The notes beneath the pieces were generated by a model. The model did no database searches. It saw nothing but the letters and a program-made list of their open reading frames with translations, and had not been told where the DNA came from. DNA of 31,975 nucleotides from Candidatus Cloacimonadota bacterium. GTDB taxonomy: Bacteria; Cloacimonadota; Cloacimonadia; Cloacimonadales; WRIO01. Shown piece after piece: positions 21,368-29,478 of this stretch (position 1 is its first letter; every line of letters begins with the position of its first letter). The position numbers and the translations under genes are program-made. Location: positions 1 to 31,975 of the forward strand of contig JAKQQL010000471.1 of assembly GCA_029564175.1 (NCBI GenBank), written 5' to 3'.

Positions 21368-21582
21368 AATAATTTAGACAGCAGTCTTTCTCCTGATATA
21401 GGCCTATTTGTACAGCTGAAATAAGCTGAATATTTTATGTTATCTGTTTTGTAAAAATTACTACAATCAGGGCAACTGATACAAGTTACCCTGATTGTAG
21501 TACGATTAAGCATGATTGAATCACATGAAAATCCACTGTTATTTTGAGTTGAAGAGGATTTTCCTGTTTTCAGGTGATACAT
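21364..21582 (-). CDS. Small Cys-rich hypothetical protein (CxxCxxC)
   Basis: 72 aa with five Cys including CISCPDC; AGGA SD upstream; stop overlaps the hprK start (ATGA); fills the hpf-hprK gap. Confidence 0.6.
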   Translation of the reverse strand: MYHLKTGKSSSTQNNSGFSCDSIMLNRTTIRVTCISCPDCSNFYKTDNIKYSAYFSCTNRPISGERLLSKLL

Positions 21583-21606
21583 AAAATTCCTGACTTCCAG
21601 ATGATA

Positions 21607-21642
21607 TAAAAAGAAAGGGCGGCGTAAGCCGCTGCCCTCTTC
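21607..21642 (-). terminator. Intrinsic terminator-like hairpin after hpf
   Basis: Minus strand GCGGC-UUAC-GCCGC core within a longer GC-rich stem, followed by UUUCUUUUU. Confidence 0.65.
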
Positions 21643-22176
21643 TTATGGTTCAATAAGTTTGAAATAATCATTGTTCTTTTTTACCAGAACATTGATTCTG
21701 TCGGATTCAACATTTCTGAAAACATAGTAGTTATCTTCGATTTCAGTAAACTTATCTATGGCTTCAGACACGGTAAGGGATTCTGCTACAATTCGTTTTG
21801 TCCGAATCACTTTTTTTGATTTTGCTTCATGATTTTTCTCATAAAGATTGGCATAAACAAAATTTGGCTCTTCTTTCAATCTGCGTTTCTGATGATCAGT
21901 GACTTTGTCTTTCAGCTTTTTAATCTGAGCTTCCATGTTGTCAATTGCTTCATCAATTGCAGCGTACATGTCCATTTGTTCAGCCTGACTTTGCAGGTTA
22001 AATTTTGAAGCATGCAGAGACATATCAACAATATTACGACTGTTTTCTAAACCAAGTGTGAGGTGAATATTGATGATGTGATCAAAGTAGCGAGTCAATT
22101 TTTCACAAGCATCTTCTACATAAGTCCGAATTGCTTTTGTCAATTCGAAATGACGAGCAGTGATTGTAATCTGCAT
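21643..22176 (-). CDS. hpf: Ribosome hibernation promoting factor, long form (RaiA/HPF)
   Basis: MQITITARHFELTKAIRTYVE...DMYAAIDEAIDNMEAQIKKLKDK plus C-terminal EAI...YYVFRN...INVLVKK domain; downstream of rpoN. Confidence 0.93.
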   Translation of the reverse strand: MQITITARHFELTKAIRTYVEDACEKLTRYFDHIINIHLTLGLENSRNIVDMSLHASKFNLQSQAEQMDMYAAIDEAIDNMEAQIKKLKDKVTDHQKRRLKEEPNFVYANLYEKNHEAKSKKVIRTKRIVAESLTVSEAIDKFTEIEDNYYVFRNVESDRINVLVKKNNDYFKLIEP

Positions 22177-22238
22177 AGCGTACCCCTTTCTTTTTTGAAT
22201 ACCTTCATAAGATATTCAATCTTATTGATAATATAATA

Positions 22239-23639
22239 TTAAACGGTATGGATTGCCATTTTATGTAAGTCTTCAATTGATTCCATCACACATTCTGACA
22301 GTGTTGGGTGGGCAAATACCACTTTTTCAATTACTTCTGCTGTGGATTGGGTATTGATTAAAAACGATGCCTGCGCAATCAGTTCTGTCGCAACCGGCCC
22401 AATAATATGCAAACCAACGATTACTCCTGTTTTTTTGTCAGCTATTGATTTAACAAAACCAAAATTATTACCCATTCCAAGTGATTTGCCATTTGCAGCA
22501 AATGGAAATTTGCCAACGTGTATTTCGCCATATTTTTCCTGAGCCTGTTTTTCTGTAAGCCCACAGGATGCTATTTCCGGGTTTGTAAAGGTACAGCGGG
22601 GAATGTTATGGTAAATTAGTTCTTCCTGATGTATTGTTTCATTCTTAATTTCTCCTTTAATCAGCTCAGCGACTCGTAAACCCTGCTTACTTGCCGTATG
22701 AGCTAACTGGAGTTTTCCCGTTACGTCACCAATTGAAAATATATAAGGTTCATTGGTTCGACAATCATCATTGATGATGATAAAATCCTTGTCTTTCACA
22801 ATATCAAAACCTTCAAAAGAGATATCACAGACTGGTTTTCTACCTACAGAAACCAGTACTTTTTCTGCTTCTACTGATTTACCATTTGAAAGACTCAATA
22901 TGACTTTGTCTTCTGTTACTTCTGCTTTTTCAACACCTGTTTTCAAATGTAGTTTAATGCCTTGTTTTTTTAGTGCGAGAGCTAGTCGTTTAGATACTTC
23001 TTCATCTTCATTTGCAACCAGTTCAGGTAAGAATTCAATGATTTCAACCTGAGTACCAAATTGTGCAAAGATAGATGCAAATTCACAGCCGATAACACCT
23101 CCACCGATAACAGCCAGTGATTTTGGCTGGTCAGAGATGTTAAGAATTTCATTGGAAGATAAAATAGATTTTCCATCAAATGCCATAAAAGGCAGCTCTT
23201 TTGGAACAGAACCTGTCGCTAATATGATATAGTCAGCTGTGCACTGGACTTCACCCTCAGCTATAATGCTATATATTCCTGCTTCTTTAGATATTTTATC
23301 CACTTTCTTTGTTATAACAGGAATGTTTCTTTTTTTAAAGATATATTCGATGCCAGAAACCAGTTTTTCAACTACTTGAGATTTTCTATTATAAACTTTA
23401 TCAAATTCGAGTTTTACGTCCCTTATCTGAATACCAAATTCTTCAGCATGTTTCATTTCGGCATATAAGTCAGCCACTTTTACAAGGGCTTTAGTTGGGA
23501 TACATCCCCAGTTTAAGCATACACCGCCTAAACGCTCTTTTTCAAAGCAGACGGTACTGATTTGATATTGATTCAACCGGATTGCGGTTTCATACCCTCC
23601 CGGTCCTCCTCCGATGACAGCCACTTGAAAGTGTTCCAT
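22239..23639 (-). CDS. lpdA: Dihydrolipoamide dehydrogenase (E3)
   Basis: IGGGPGGY, GGVCLNWGCIPTK redox disulfide, IGGGVIGCEFA, HPTLSE. Confidence 0.95.
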   Translation of the reverse strand: MEHFQVAVIGGGPGGYETAIRLNQYQISTVCFEKERLGGVCLNWGCIPTKALVKVADLYAEMKHAEEFGIQIRDVKLEFDKVYNRKSQVVEKLVSGIEYIFKKRNIPVITKKVDKISKEAGIYSIIAEGEVQCTADYIILATGSVPKELPFMAFDGKSILSSNEILNISDQPKSLAVIGGGVIGCEFASIFAQFGTQVEIIEFLPELVANEDEEVSKRLALALKKQGIKLHLKTGVEKAEVTEDKVILSLSNGKSVEAEKVLVSVGRKPVCDISFEGFDIVKDKDFIIINDDCRTNEPYIFSIGDVTGKLQLAHTASKQGLRVAELIKGEIKNETIHQEELIYHNIPRCTFTNPEIASCGLTEKQAQEKYGEIHVGKFPFAANGKSLGMGNNFGFVKSIADKKTGVIVGLHIIGPVATELIAQASFLINTQSTAEVIEKVVFAHPTLSECVMESIEDLHKMAIHTV

Positions 23640-25078
23640 TATTTTCTCCTTAAACGACTATTCGGTATCTTTAATTCTTCCCTGTATTTTGCGATTACGC
23701 GTCTGGATACGCTGATACCTCTTTCTTTTAGAATATCAACTAAATCCTGATCACTCAGCGGATTTCTTTTATCTTCTTTTTCGATTAGGTCATGAATCTG
23801 GGACTGCACATTTTGTCTGGAAACAGATTCATAGTTTTTATCTTTTCCTGCTGCGGAACAAAAGAAATCTTTCAGGCACATGATACCAAAAGGTGTGTCT
23901 GCGTATTTATGTTTTACTACTCTGGAAATTGTGGATTCATTTACATTTAGATCGTTAGCGATAACTGAGTAAGTTAAAGGTTCTAAAATGCCTGTATTGT
24001 TGAAAAAAAAGTTTTTTTGATAATTGATGATGGATTTCATGACTCGTTCAAGAGTTCGGTTTCTCATAAAAATTGATTTAATGAGAAATTTAGCCGAATT
24101 GACTTTAGAACGAATGTATTTAACTGTCTCTTTATCTTTTGCAGACTCGTGAAGCATTGATCTGTAATGCTTACTTAGCACTATTTTTGGGATGTAGAAA
24201 TCATTGATAATGACTTCGTAATCATCCTCTATTTTTCTGACTATGATATCAGGAACAATATAATTTGCTTTTGAAGTATTAAGCCGCATACCGGGTTTGG
24301 GGTCTAAGATGGAAATACGTTCTCTGAATGCTAAAACTTCTTTTTCTGTAAGCTCATACTTATCCGCAATATTTTGAAATTTACGATGGATCAGATCATT
24401 AAAATCTTCTTGAATGATATTGACAAGCACATGATCATCCAGCTCATATTCTTCTAACTGGGCTATCAGGCATTCTTCAATAGATCTGGCGGTAATTCCT
24501 TTTGGCTTAGTATGTAAAATCATCTGGTGGACTTTATCTGCTTCTTCTTCTGTTAGTTCATATTCTGATGCAATTTCGTAAATATCATAATCTACTGGTA
24601 AAAAACCATATTCATTTGCTCTCTCAATGATTTCGAAAGCAAAATCTTTTTCATTATCGCTTAATGGATAATTTTCGATGAATTCAATAAATTCTTTTTT
24701 AAGATTGTCTTCTACTTTGATGTAGTTGTCATAGTTGTTTTCTTCTTCGTCAAGACTTTTTGATGAGTAATCTTTATCGTCATGGTATTCATTCCAGGTG
24801 TCGAGAATTTCACTTAATTCCTTCACTTCGTCCAGTGTTTGTTTGATTTCTCCATCGTCTTCTTTGATTTCAATTTCATCTATATCGTTTTTTTGATTGT
24901 CTTCTTCATAATCTTCCACGATTTCCAGAAGCGGATTGGCTACAATTTCGTTTTTAAGTTCCAGTTCCAGATCCATCATGGGTAAAGCCAGCATTTTCAG
25001 AGACTGAATCATCTGAGGTTTCAGGGACATTTCCTGAATTTGTTTGTATGAAAGACTTTGTGACATTTTATGAGTCAT
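23639..25078 (-). CDS. rpoN: RNA polymerase sigma-54 factor
   Basis: Q-rich region I, NPLLE, LDPKPG, ESTISRVV, RpoN box SRRVIAKYRE. Start placed at ATG 25078 (AGGGGGG SD) rather than TTG 25108. Confidence 0.96.
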   Translation of the reverse strand: MTHKMSQSLSYKQIQEMSLKPQMIQSLKMLALPMMDLELELKNEIVANPLLEIVEDYEEDNQKNDIDEIEIKEDDGEIKQTLDEVKELSEILDTWNEYHDDKDYSSKSLDEEENNYDNYIKVEDNLKKEFIEFIENYPLSDNEKDFAFEIIERANEYGFLPVDYDIYEIASEYELTEEEADKVHQMILHTKPKGITARSIEECLIAQLEEYELDDHVLVNIIQEDFNDLIHRKFQNIADKYELTEKEVLAFRERISILDPKPGMRLNTSKANYIVPDIIVRKIEDDYEVIINDFYIPKIVLSKHYRSMLHESAKDKETVKYIRSKVNSAKFLIKSIFMRNRTLERVMKSIINYQKNFFFNNTGILEPLTYSVIANDLNVNESTISRVVKHKYADTPFGIMCLKDFFCSAAGKDKNYESVSRQNVQSQIHDLIEKEDKRNPLSDQDLVDILKERGISVSRRVIAKYREELKIPNSRLRRK

Positions 25079-25146
25079 ATACAATACCCCCCTAAGTCTT
25101 TTCGACAAGTGACTATACGATTTATCAGATTCAGATAATCATTCAT
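25075..25146 (-). CDS. Candidate 23-aa upstream ORF MNDYLNLINRIVTCRKDLGGYCI
   Basis: ATG at 25146 with AGGGGG 11 nt upstream; its TGA overlaps the rpoN ATG (ATGA). Confidence 0.3.
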   Translation of the reverse strand: MNDYLNLINRIVTCRKDLGGYCI

Positions 25147-25215
25147 CTTTTTAAATGCCCCCTGACTCTATGAATTGTGCTTACTACAAACAGGATGTTT
25201 GTAATATAAAAATGA

Positions 25216-25956
25216 TTATTCAAACATTGGATTTAGAAAACGATCTCCTAAGTATAGTTTTCTTGCTTCCGGATCATTAATTAACTCTTTTGAAGTTCCT
25301 GAAATCAGTATTTTCCCCTGGAATATGATGTAAGATCTTTGTGTGATTGACAATGTATCTGCTACGTTATGATCAGAAATGAATATACCCATGTTTTTTT
25401 CTTCTTTTAATTTGACAATGATATCCTGAATATCAGCAACTGCAAGCGGATCGACACCGGCAAAAGGCTCATCCATCAGTAAAAAGGAAGGATTTGTAAC
25501 AAGAGAACGAGTAATCTCCAGTTTTCTTCTTTCTCCGCCTGAAAGGGTATAGGCTTTTTGTCTTGCCAATGGGGTCAGATTTAATTCTGCCAGATAAGCT
25601 TCCAGCTTTTGTCGACGTTCAGTACGACTGTACGGCATCGTTTCAAGGATTGCCATTATGTTTTCTTCAACAGTCAGTTTATGGAAAATGGAAGGTTGTT
25701 GTGCCAGATATGCCATTCCAAGCTGGCATCTTTTATACATTGGTTTTCGGGTGATTTCAGTATCATTAAAGAAAATCTTACCGGCATTTGGTTTGGTTAG
25801 ACCAAGTATCATATAAAAAGTGGTCGATTTACCTGCACCATTTGGTCCTAAAATCCCGACTATCTCGCCTTGTTTAAATTCAAAACTGATATCGCTGACG
25901 ACTTGTTTTTTACCATAGCTTTTAGCTAAACTCTGAACTCTTATTATATTTTCCAT
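25216..25956 (-). CDS. lptB: LPS export ABC transporter ATPase
   Basis: GPNGAGKST, LSGGERRKLEI, LptB-type DEPFAGVDP, SDHNV, LYLG; canonical position before rpoN. Confidence 0.95.
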   Translation of the reverse strand: MENIIRVQSLAKSYGKKQVVSDISFEFKQGEIVGILGPNGAGKSTTFYMILGLTKPNAGKIFFNDTEITRKPMYKRCQLGMAYLAQQPSIFHKLTVEENIMAILETMPYSRTERRQKLEAYLAELNLTPLARQKAYTLSGGERRKLEITRSLVTNPSFLLMDEPFAGVDPLAVADIQDIIVKLKEEKNMGIFISDHNVADTLSITQRSYIIFQGKILISGTSKELINDPEARKLYLGDRFLNPMFE

Positions 25957-25963
25957 AAAACCT

Positions 25964-25992
25964 AATATTTCTGATTTTTAGTATTTTGTCAA
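25964..25992 (-). promoter_or_regulatory. Putative sigma70 promoter of the lptB-rpoN operon
   Basis: TTGACA (25992-25987), 17 bp, AATATT (25969-25964). Confidence 0.5.
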
Positions 25993-26021
25993 TCTTTTTA
26001 TTTTAAATTTTTAAAAAAGTC

Positions 26022-26038
26022 CGCAATTATTATGCCAA
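26022..26038 (-). promoter_or_regulatory. Sigma54 -24/-12 site upstream of lptB-rpoN
   Basis: Minus strand TTGGCATAATAATTGCG: GG-N10-GC with TGGCA and TTGC consensus, oriented towards lptB. Confidence 0.75.
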
Positions 26039-26199
26039 ATCCTTGGAAAACCGATAATTATTGAAAAAAAAGGCTTTTTAAAAGAAGAGAAACTTCTTTT
26101 TAAAAATGAGAATTTCTAACAAAAAATGCTTTATTTGAGGAGAGATTTGTTAAAAAAGGGGGGATAATAAAGTCTTTTAGAAATCAATGTTTAGTTAAA

Positions 26200-26874
26200 T
26201 TAGAAATCTGTTACTTCTCCTTCAGGTATATCTTTATATCGGAAATTGTCATTGACATCTCTTACATAGCCTTTTTCAATTTTTCCAGAGTCTGTATATC
26301 CTCTTTTTTCCCAAAACCCTGGATGGTATTTTTCTGTCAGCTCAATTTTGATGACGGATTTTGCAGATTTATAACCCCACAAGTAAGGACAGAAAATTCG
26401 AACTGGCCCGCCGTAATCTTCGGTCAGCAATTCTCCTTCATATTCCCACGCTAAAAGGGTTTTATCTTTTTTGGCTATATCTACAGGGATGCTGGTGTCA
26501 TAAACCGAGCCATAAGACCAAAATCTTAAATATTTTACTTTTGATGTAGCTTTAACACTATCCATGATGTCTGACAGGCGGACTCCTCCCCAGTTCCCTC
26601 TGACAGACCAGCGGGTTACACTGGTTAACCTGGCATCAGCAATTGTCTTGTTCATTTTTTGTAAGTCACCCCATGTAAAGGTTTTTGGATTTTCGCATAA
26701 TCCGCTGACTTCGATTACCCAATTTTCTCTGTTTAACTGGCCAGGATGTCCTTCAGCCCAGAATATAGGCGTTTTCATTTTTGCTAATGGATGCATATTT
26801 GCCTCCTTTGAAGATTGAGAATGACATGAAAGAATAAAGAATAAAGCCGTTAGTAATATAATCATTCTTTTCAT
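26200..26874 (-). CDS. Sulfite-oxidase/MsrP-fold (Oxidored_molyb) protein, predicted lipoprotein, atypical active site
   Basis: WVIEVSGLCENP, TSVTRWS, WGGVRLSDI, LLAWEYEGELL, YGGPVRIFCPYLWGYKSAKSV, GFWEKRGY; lipobox ILSC (Cys17). Confidence 0.88.
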   Translation of the reverse strand: MKRMIILLTALFFILSCHSQSSKEANMHPLAKMKTPIFWAEGHPGQLNRENWVIEVSGLCENPKTFTWGDLQKMNKTIADARLTSVTRWSVRGNWGGVRLSDIMDSVKATSKVKYLRFWSYGSVYDTSIPVDIAKKDKTLLAWEYEGELLTEDYGGPVRIFCPYLWGYKSAKSVIKIELTEKYHPGFWEKRGYTDSGKIEKGYVRDVNDNFRYKDIPEGEVTDF

Positions 26875-26915
26875 GTCATCCTCTTTTCTCGCAAGTTGCT
26901 GTCTTGCGCTTTTAA

Positions 26916-29429
26916 TTATTTAATTAACAGCATTTTTCCTGTTTGATGGATGCCTTGATAACTTAAACGATAGAAATAGATGCCTGATCCTGTCGGATGT
27001 TTTTCATTATCTTTCCCTGACCAGTTTATCTGATGAATACCTGCATTACTAAAGGACTTTTTTTGACTATAGACTTTTTGCCCTTTGATATTGTAAATGT
27101 TTAAATCAACTGTACCAGCCTGTTCAATCTGAAAACGAATATGGGTATCCGGATTGAAAGGATTTGGATAGTTGCCAAGTACTTTAAATGAAAGGGAATT
27201 TACATTGTGATCATTAGCTGAAACACTGTTTGAGTTTTTAAAAACCTGGAAATTATCAATATAAATGCCATCTGACGTACTATTGTAATTGTTATTATAG
27301 ACAAATCGCATCCATACAGATTGTCCAAGATATGCATTTAAGCTTAAGTAATATTCACTCCAGTCTGGCTGATTACCTGTAAAGATTTTTAATGCCTGCC
27401 AGTTGATGGCATCCGTTGATATTTCAAATGCAATATATTCTCCCTTTAAAGCGATTTGATGTTTTGCCATAAAAGAGACTGAGGCATTTGAGCATTCAGA
27501 TAGATCAATAGCAGAAGGGAATCTGCAATATGATTGACTGTCAGGGGTATAATTTCCTGAAGGACTATCTGCCAGTGAATTGTCTGGAGAAACAAACTGG
27601 TTGCTGTTAAGTCCCCAAGAGCCTGTTTTTGCCCAGGTAAGCGCTCCATTATCAAAATTATCACTAATAAATGCCGGACTAAGGGTAAATGTAAATGTAT
27701 TATTGCCAGGATTTAATGTTATGATATGCTGAACTTTATCTCCTCCTGCTTTGTTGATCCGTACAATTTGTTCTCCTGAGCAGGCTTCTTCAATCATAAA
27801 AAAACCTTGTTCATCTGTAAATACGGGTTCAATTCCTGAATTTAACAGTGTAACGGATGCTTGGGGTACAGGTAAAGACGTTGTTTCATCAAGTACATAT
27901 CCACTGACTGTACATGCTTCAGATGGCTCAAGTGTAATGTCTAAAACGGTTTGCTGATCAGTATCTATACTAATCAGGAATGTTTGAGTCTGGTAACCCC
28001 ATGCACTAAATGTAACATTGTAAAGCCCTGGCATCAATAAACGGTAATATCTTCCATATTGAGCATTACTCAAATAGGGTTGCTTTGGGTATCCTGTATT
28101 GTCAACAGTCTCTACATAGACTTGTGCAACAATGGGGTTGTTATCCGTATCTTTGATTAAGCCAGTTAAACAAGATTTTTTAACTCTTGAGACAATTATC
28201 TTGGATGCTTCCAGATTATTTTGACAAGTTTGGGTTACAATACTTGCTGAAGGGATAAATTCTTCTGCTAATTCTATCGTATATCCAAAAATACTGTTTT
28301 GCCCATAGGCATATTCATCCAGACCGCCACTAGCTGCATATAGCTCCCATCCATAGCCTGGATCGTAATGTTGATTGCTGCCATCCGTTTTTAAAATCGT
28401 TTCTGCCATTTGATTGGCGAGATCAGCCAGAGCTAATCCATCAGGAGAGTAAACATTTGGTAATGAACCCCAGGGATGTAATACTAATCCGCCATAAGTA
28501 TGATAACTAATACCCGCAACAAAGGAGTGAGAATCAATCAGATTTTTGATAATCATGGTTTCTGGCTCAGAGAAAGCTTCTGTTCCATGATATGTTGGAT
28601 AAGTAATATCATCTGTTGAACTGAAATATCCCCAGCCAAATCCATAGTTTCGGTTGAGATCTACTCCATCAATGCCATAACCGTATTGATTATAAGTATC
28701 AAACTGGTGGTTGGAATTGTTATCTCTGATGTTTTTTCTCCACCAGACATCCTCCTGGTCAAGTACGATTTTTTGCCCATTAGGATTGACAATGGGTAAG
28801 AACCAAATCTGACTGGTGTTAATCAGGTCTGTAATTTCAGGATCAATGTTGTAGTTACTTAAATAATAATCTAAAACAGCCATGGTAACTTCTGTACTGA
28901 GTGGTTCTCTGGCATGATGAGCGCCCATGAAATAAAAAGAGGGTTCATCTTCTTCTATATTTGGATTGTCCGATACTTTAAGAGCAATGAGTTGATGATT
29001 AAAATCATTATATGCTGTTCCATAAGATGATGCGATATAATCGGCACCAAGACTGTTACCCAGATTATGAAGTTCACAAATATCACTATAATTGCTAGCA
29101 TACTGATTGAGCTGTGCAATGATTTGTGAATAATTTCGATATCCTGGAATATCTCTTGATTGAGAGGAGAGATTCTCTTTCATTTGAGATTCAGTTTGAA
29201 CAATCTGAATATTCAGGTTCATGTTTTGAAACTGATTAAATTGGTTTTCATCAAGAACTAAGTCAATAAAATGATTTGGCCGATAAAGGGCTATATCATA
29301 GTTGTTCTTAAAAATCTGATCGATCAGCTGTTTTTCTGCTCCGGTGATACGCACCAGCTGTCTGTCAGCGTATAATGATAGAACCATTGCTGATATCAGA
29401 ATCAATAATAGGAGACCTTTTTTGAACAT
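26916..29429 (-). CDS. Secreted M14 zinc carboxypeptidase with carboxypeptidase-regulatory-like repeats and FlgD-Ig/T9SS-like tail
   Basis: HHAREP, WRKN, GVDLNRNY, SYHTYG, YTIEL; signal peptide from MFKKGLLLL (start 29429, SD AGGGAG); C-terminal NYPNPFNP...KMLLIK. Confidence 0.92.
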   Translation of the reverse strand: MFKKGLLLLILISAMVLSLYADRQLVRITGAEKQLIDQIFKNNYDIALYRPNHFIDLVLDENQFNQFQNMNLNIQIVQTESQMKENLSSQSRDIPGYRNYSQIIAQLNQYASNYSDICELHNLGNSLGADYIASSYGTAYNDFNHQLIALKVSDNPNIEEDEPSFYFMGAHHAREPLSTEVTMAVLDYYLSNYNIDPEITDLINTSQIWFLPIVNPNGQKIVLDQEDVWWRKNIRDNNSNHQFDTYNQYGYGIDGVDLNRNYGFGWGYFSSTDDITYPTYHGTEAFSEPETMIIKNLIDSHSFVAGISYHTYGGLVLHPWGSLPNVYSPDGLALADLANQMAETILKTDGSNQHYDPGYGWELYAASGGLDEYAYGQNSIFGYTIELAEEFIPSASIVTQTCQNNLEASKIIVSRVKKSCLTGLIKDTDNNPIVAQVYVETVDNTGYPKQPYLSNAQYGRYYRLLMPGLYNVTFSAWGYQTQTFLISIDTDQQTVLDITLEPSEACTVSGYVLDETTSLPVPQASVTLLNSGIEPVFTDEQGFFMIEEACSGEQIVRINKAGGDKVQHIITLNPGNNTFTFTLSPAFISDNFDNGALTWAKTGSWGLNSNQFVSPDNSLADSPSGNYTPDSQSYCRFPSAIDLSECSNASVSFMAKHQIALKGEYIAFEISTDAINWQALKIFTGNQPDWSEYYLSLNAYLGQSVWMRFVYNNNYNSTSDGIYIDNFQVFKNSNSVSANDHNVNSLSFKVLGNYPNPFNPDTHIRFQIEQAGTVDLNIYNIKGQKVYSQKKSFSNAGIHQINWSGKDNEKHPTGSGIYFYRLSYQGIHQTGKMLLIK

Positions 29430-29478
29430 ATTCACTCCCTGTCTTTTTGTATTTTTGCGGTTATATTTATTTTCGTAT

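Noticed and set aside
22177..22238. raiA-motif RNA upstream of hpf/raiA
   Set aside because: The spacer is only 62 nt and AT-rich, too short for that structured RNA.
26075..26106. AT-rich inverted repeat AAAAGAAG/CTTCTTTT
   Set aside because: Weak, low-complexity stem plausible by chance; about 100 nt from the nearest stop codon.
26620..26622. Selenocysteine at the Mo-ligand position
   Set aside because: The codon is AGT (Ser), not TGA.
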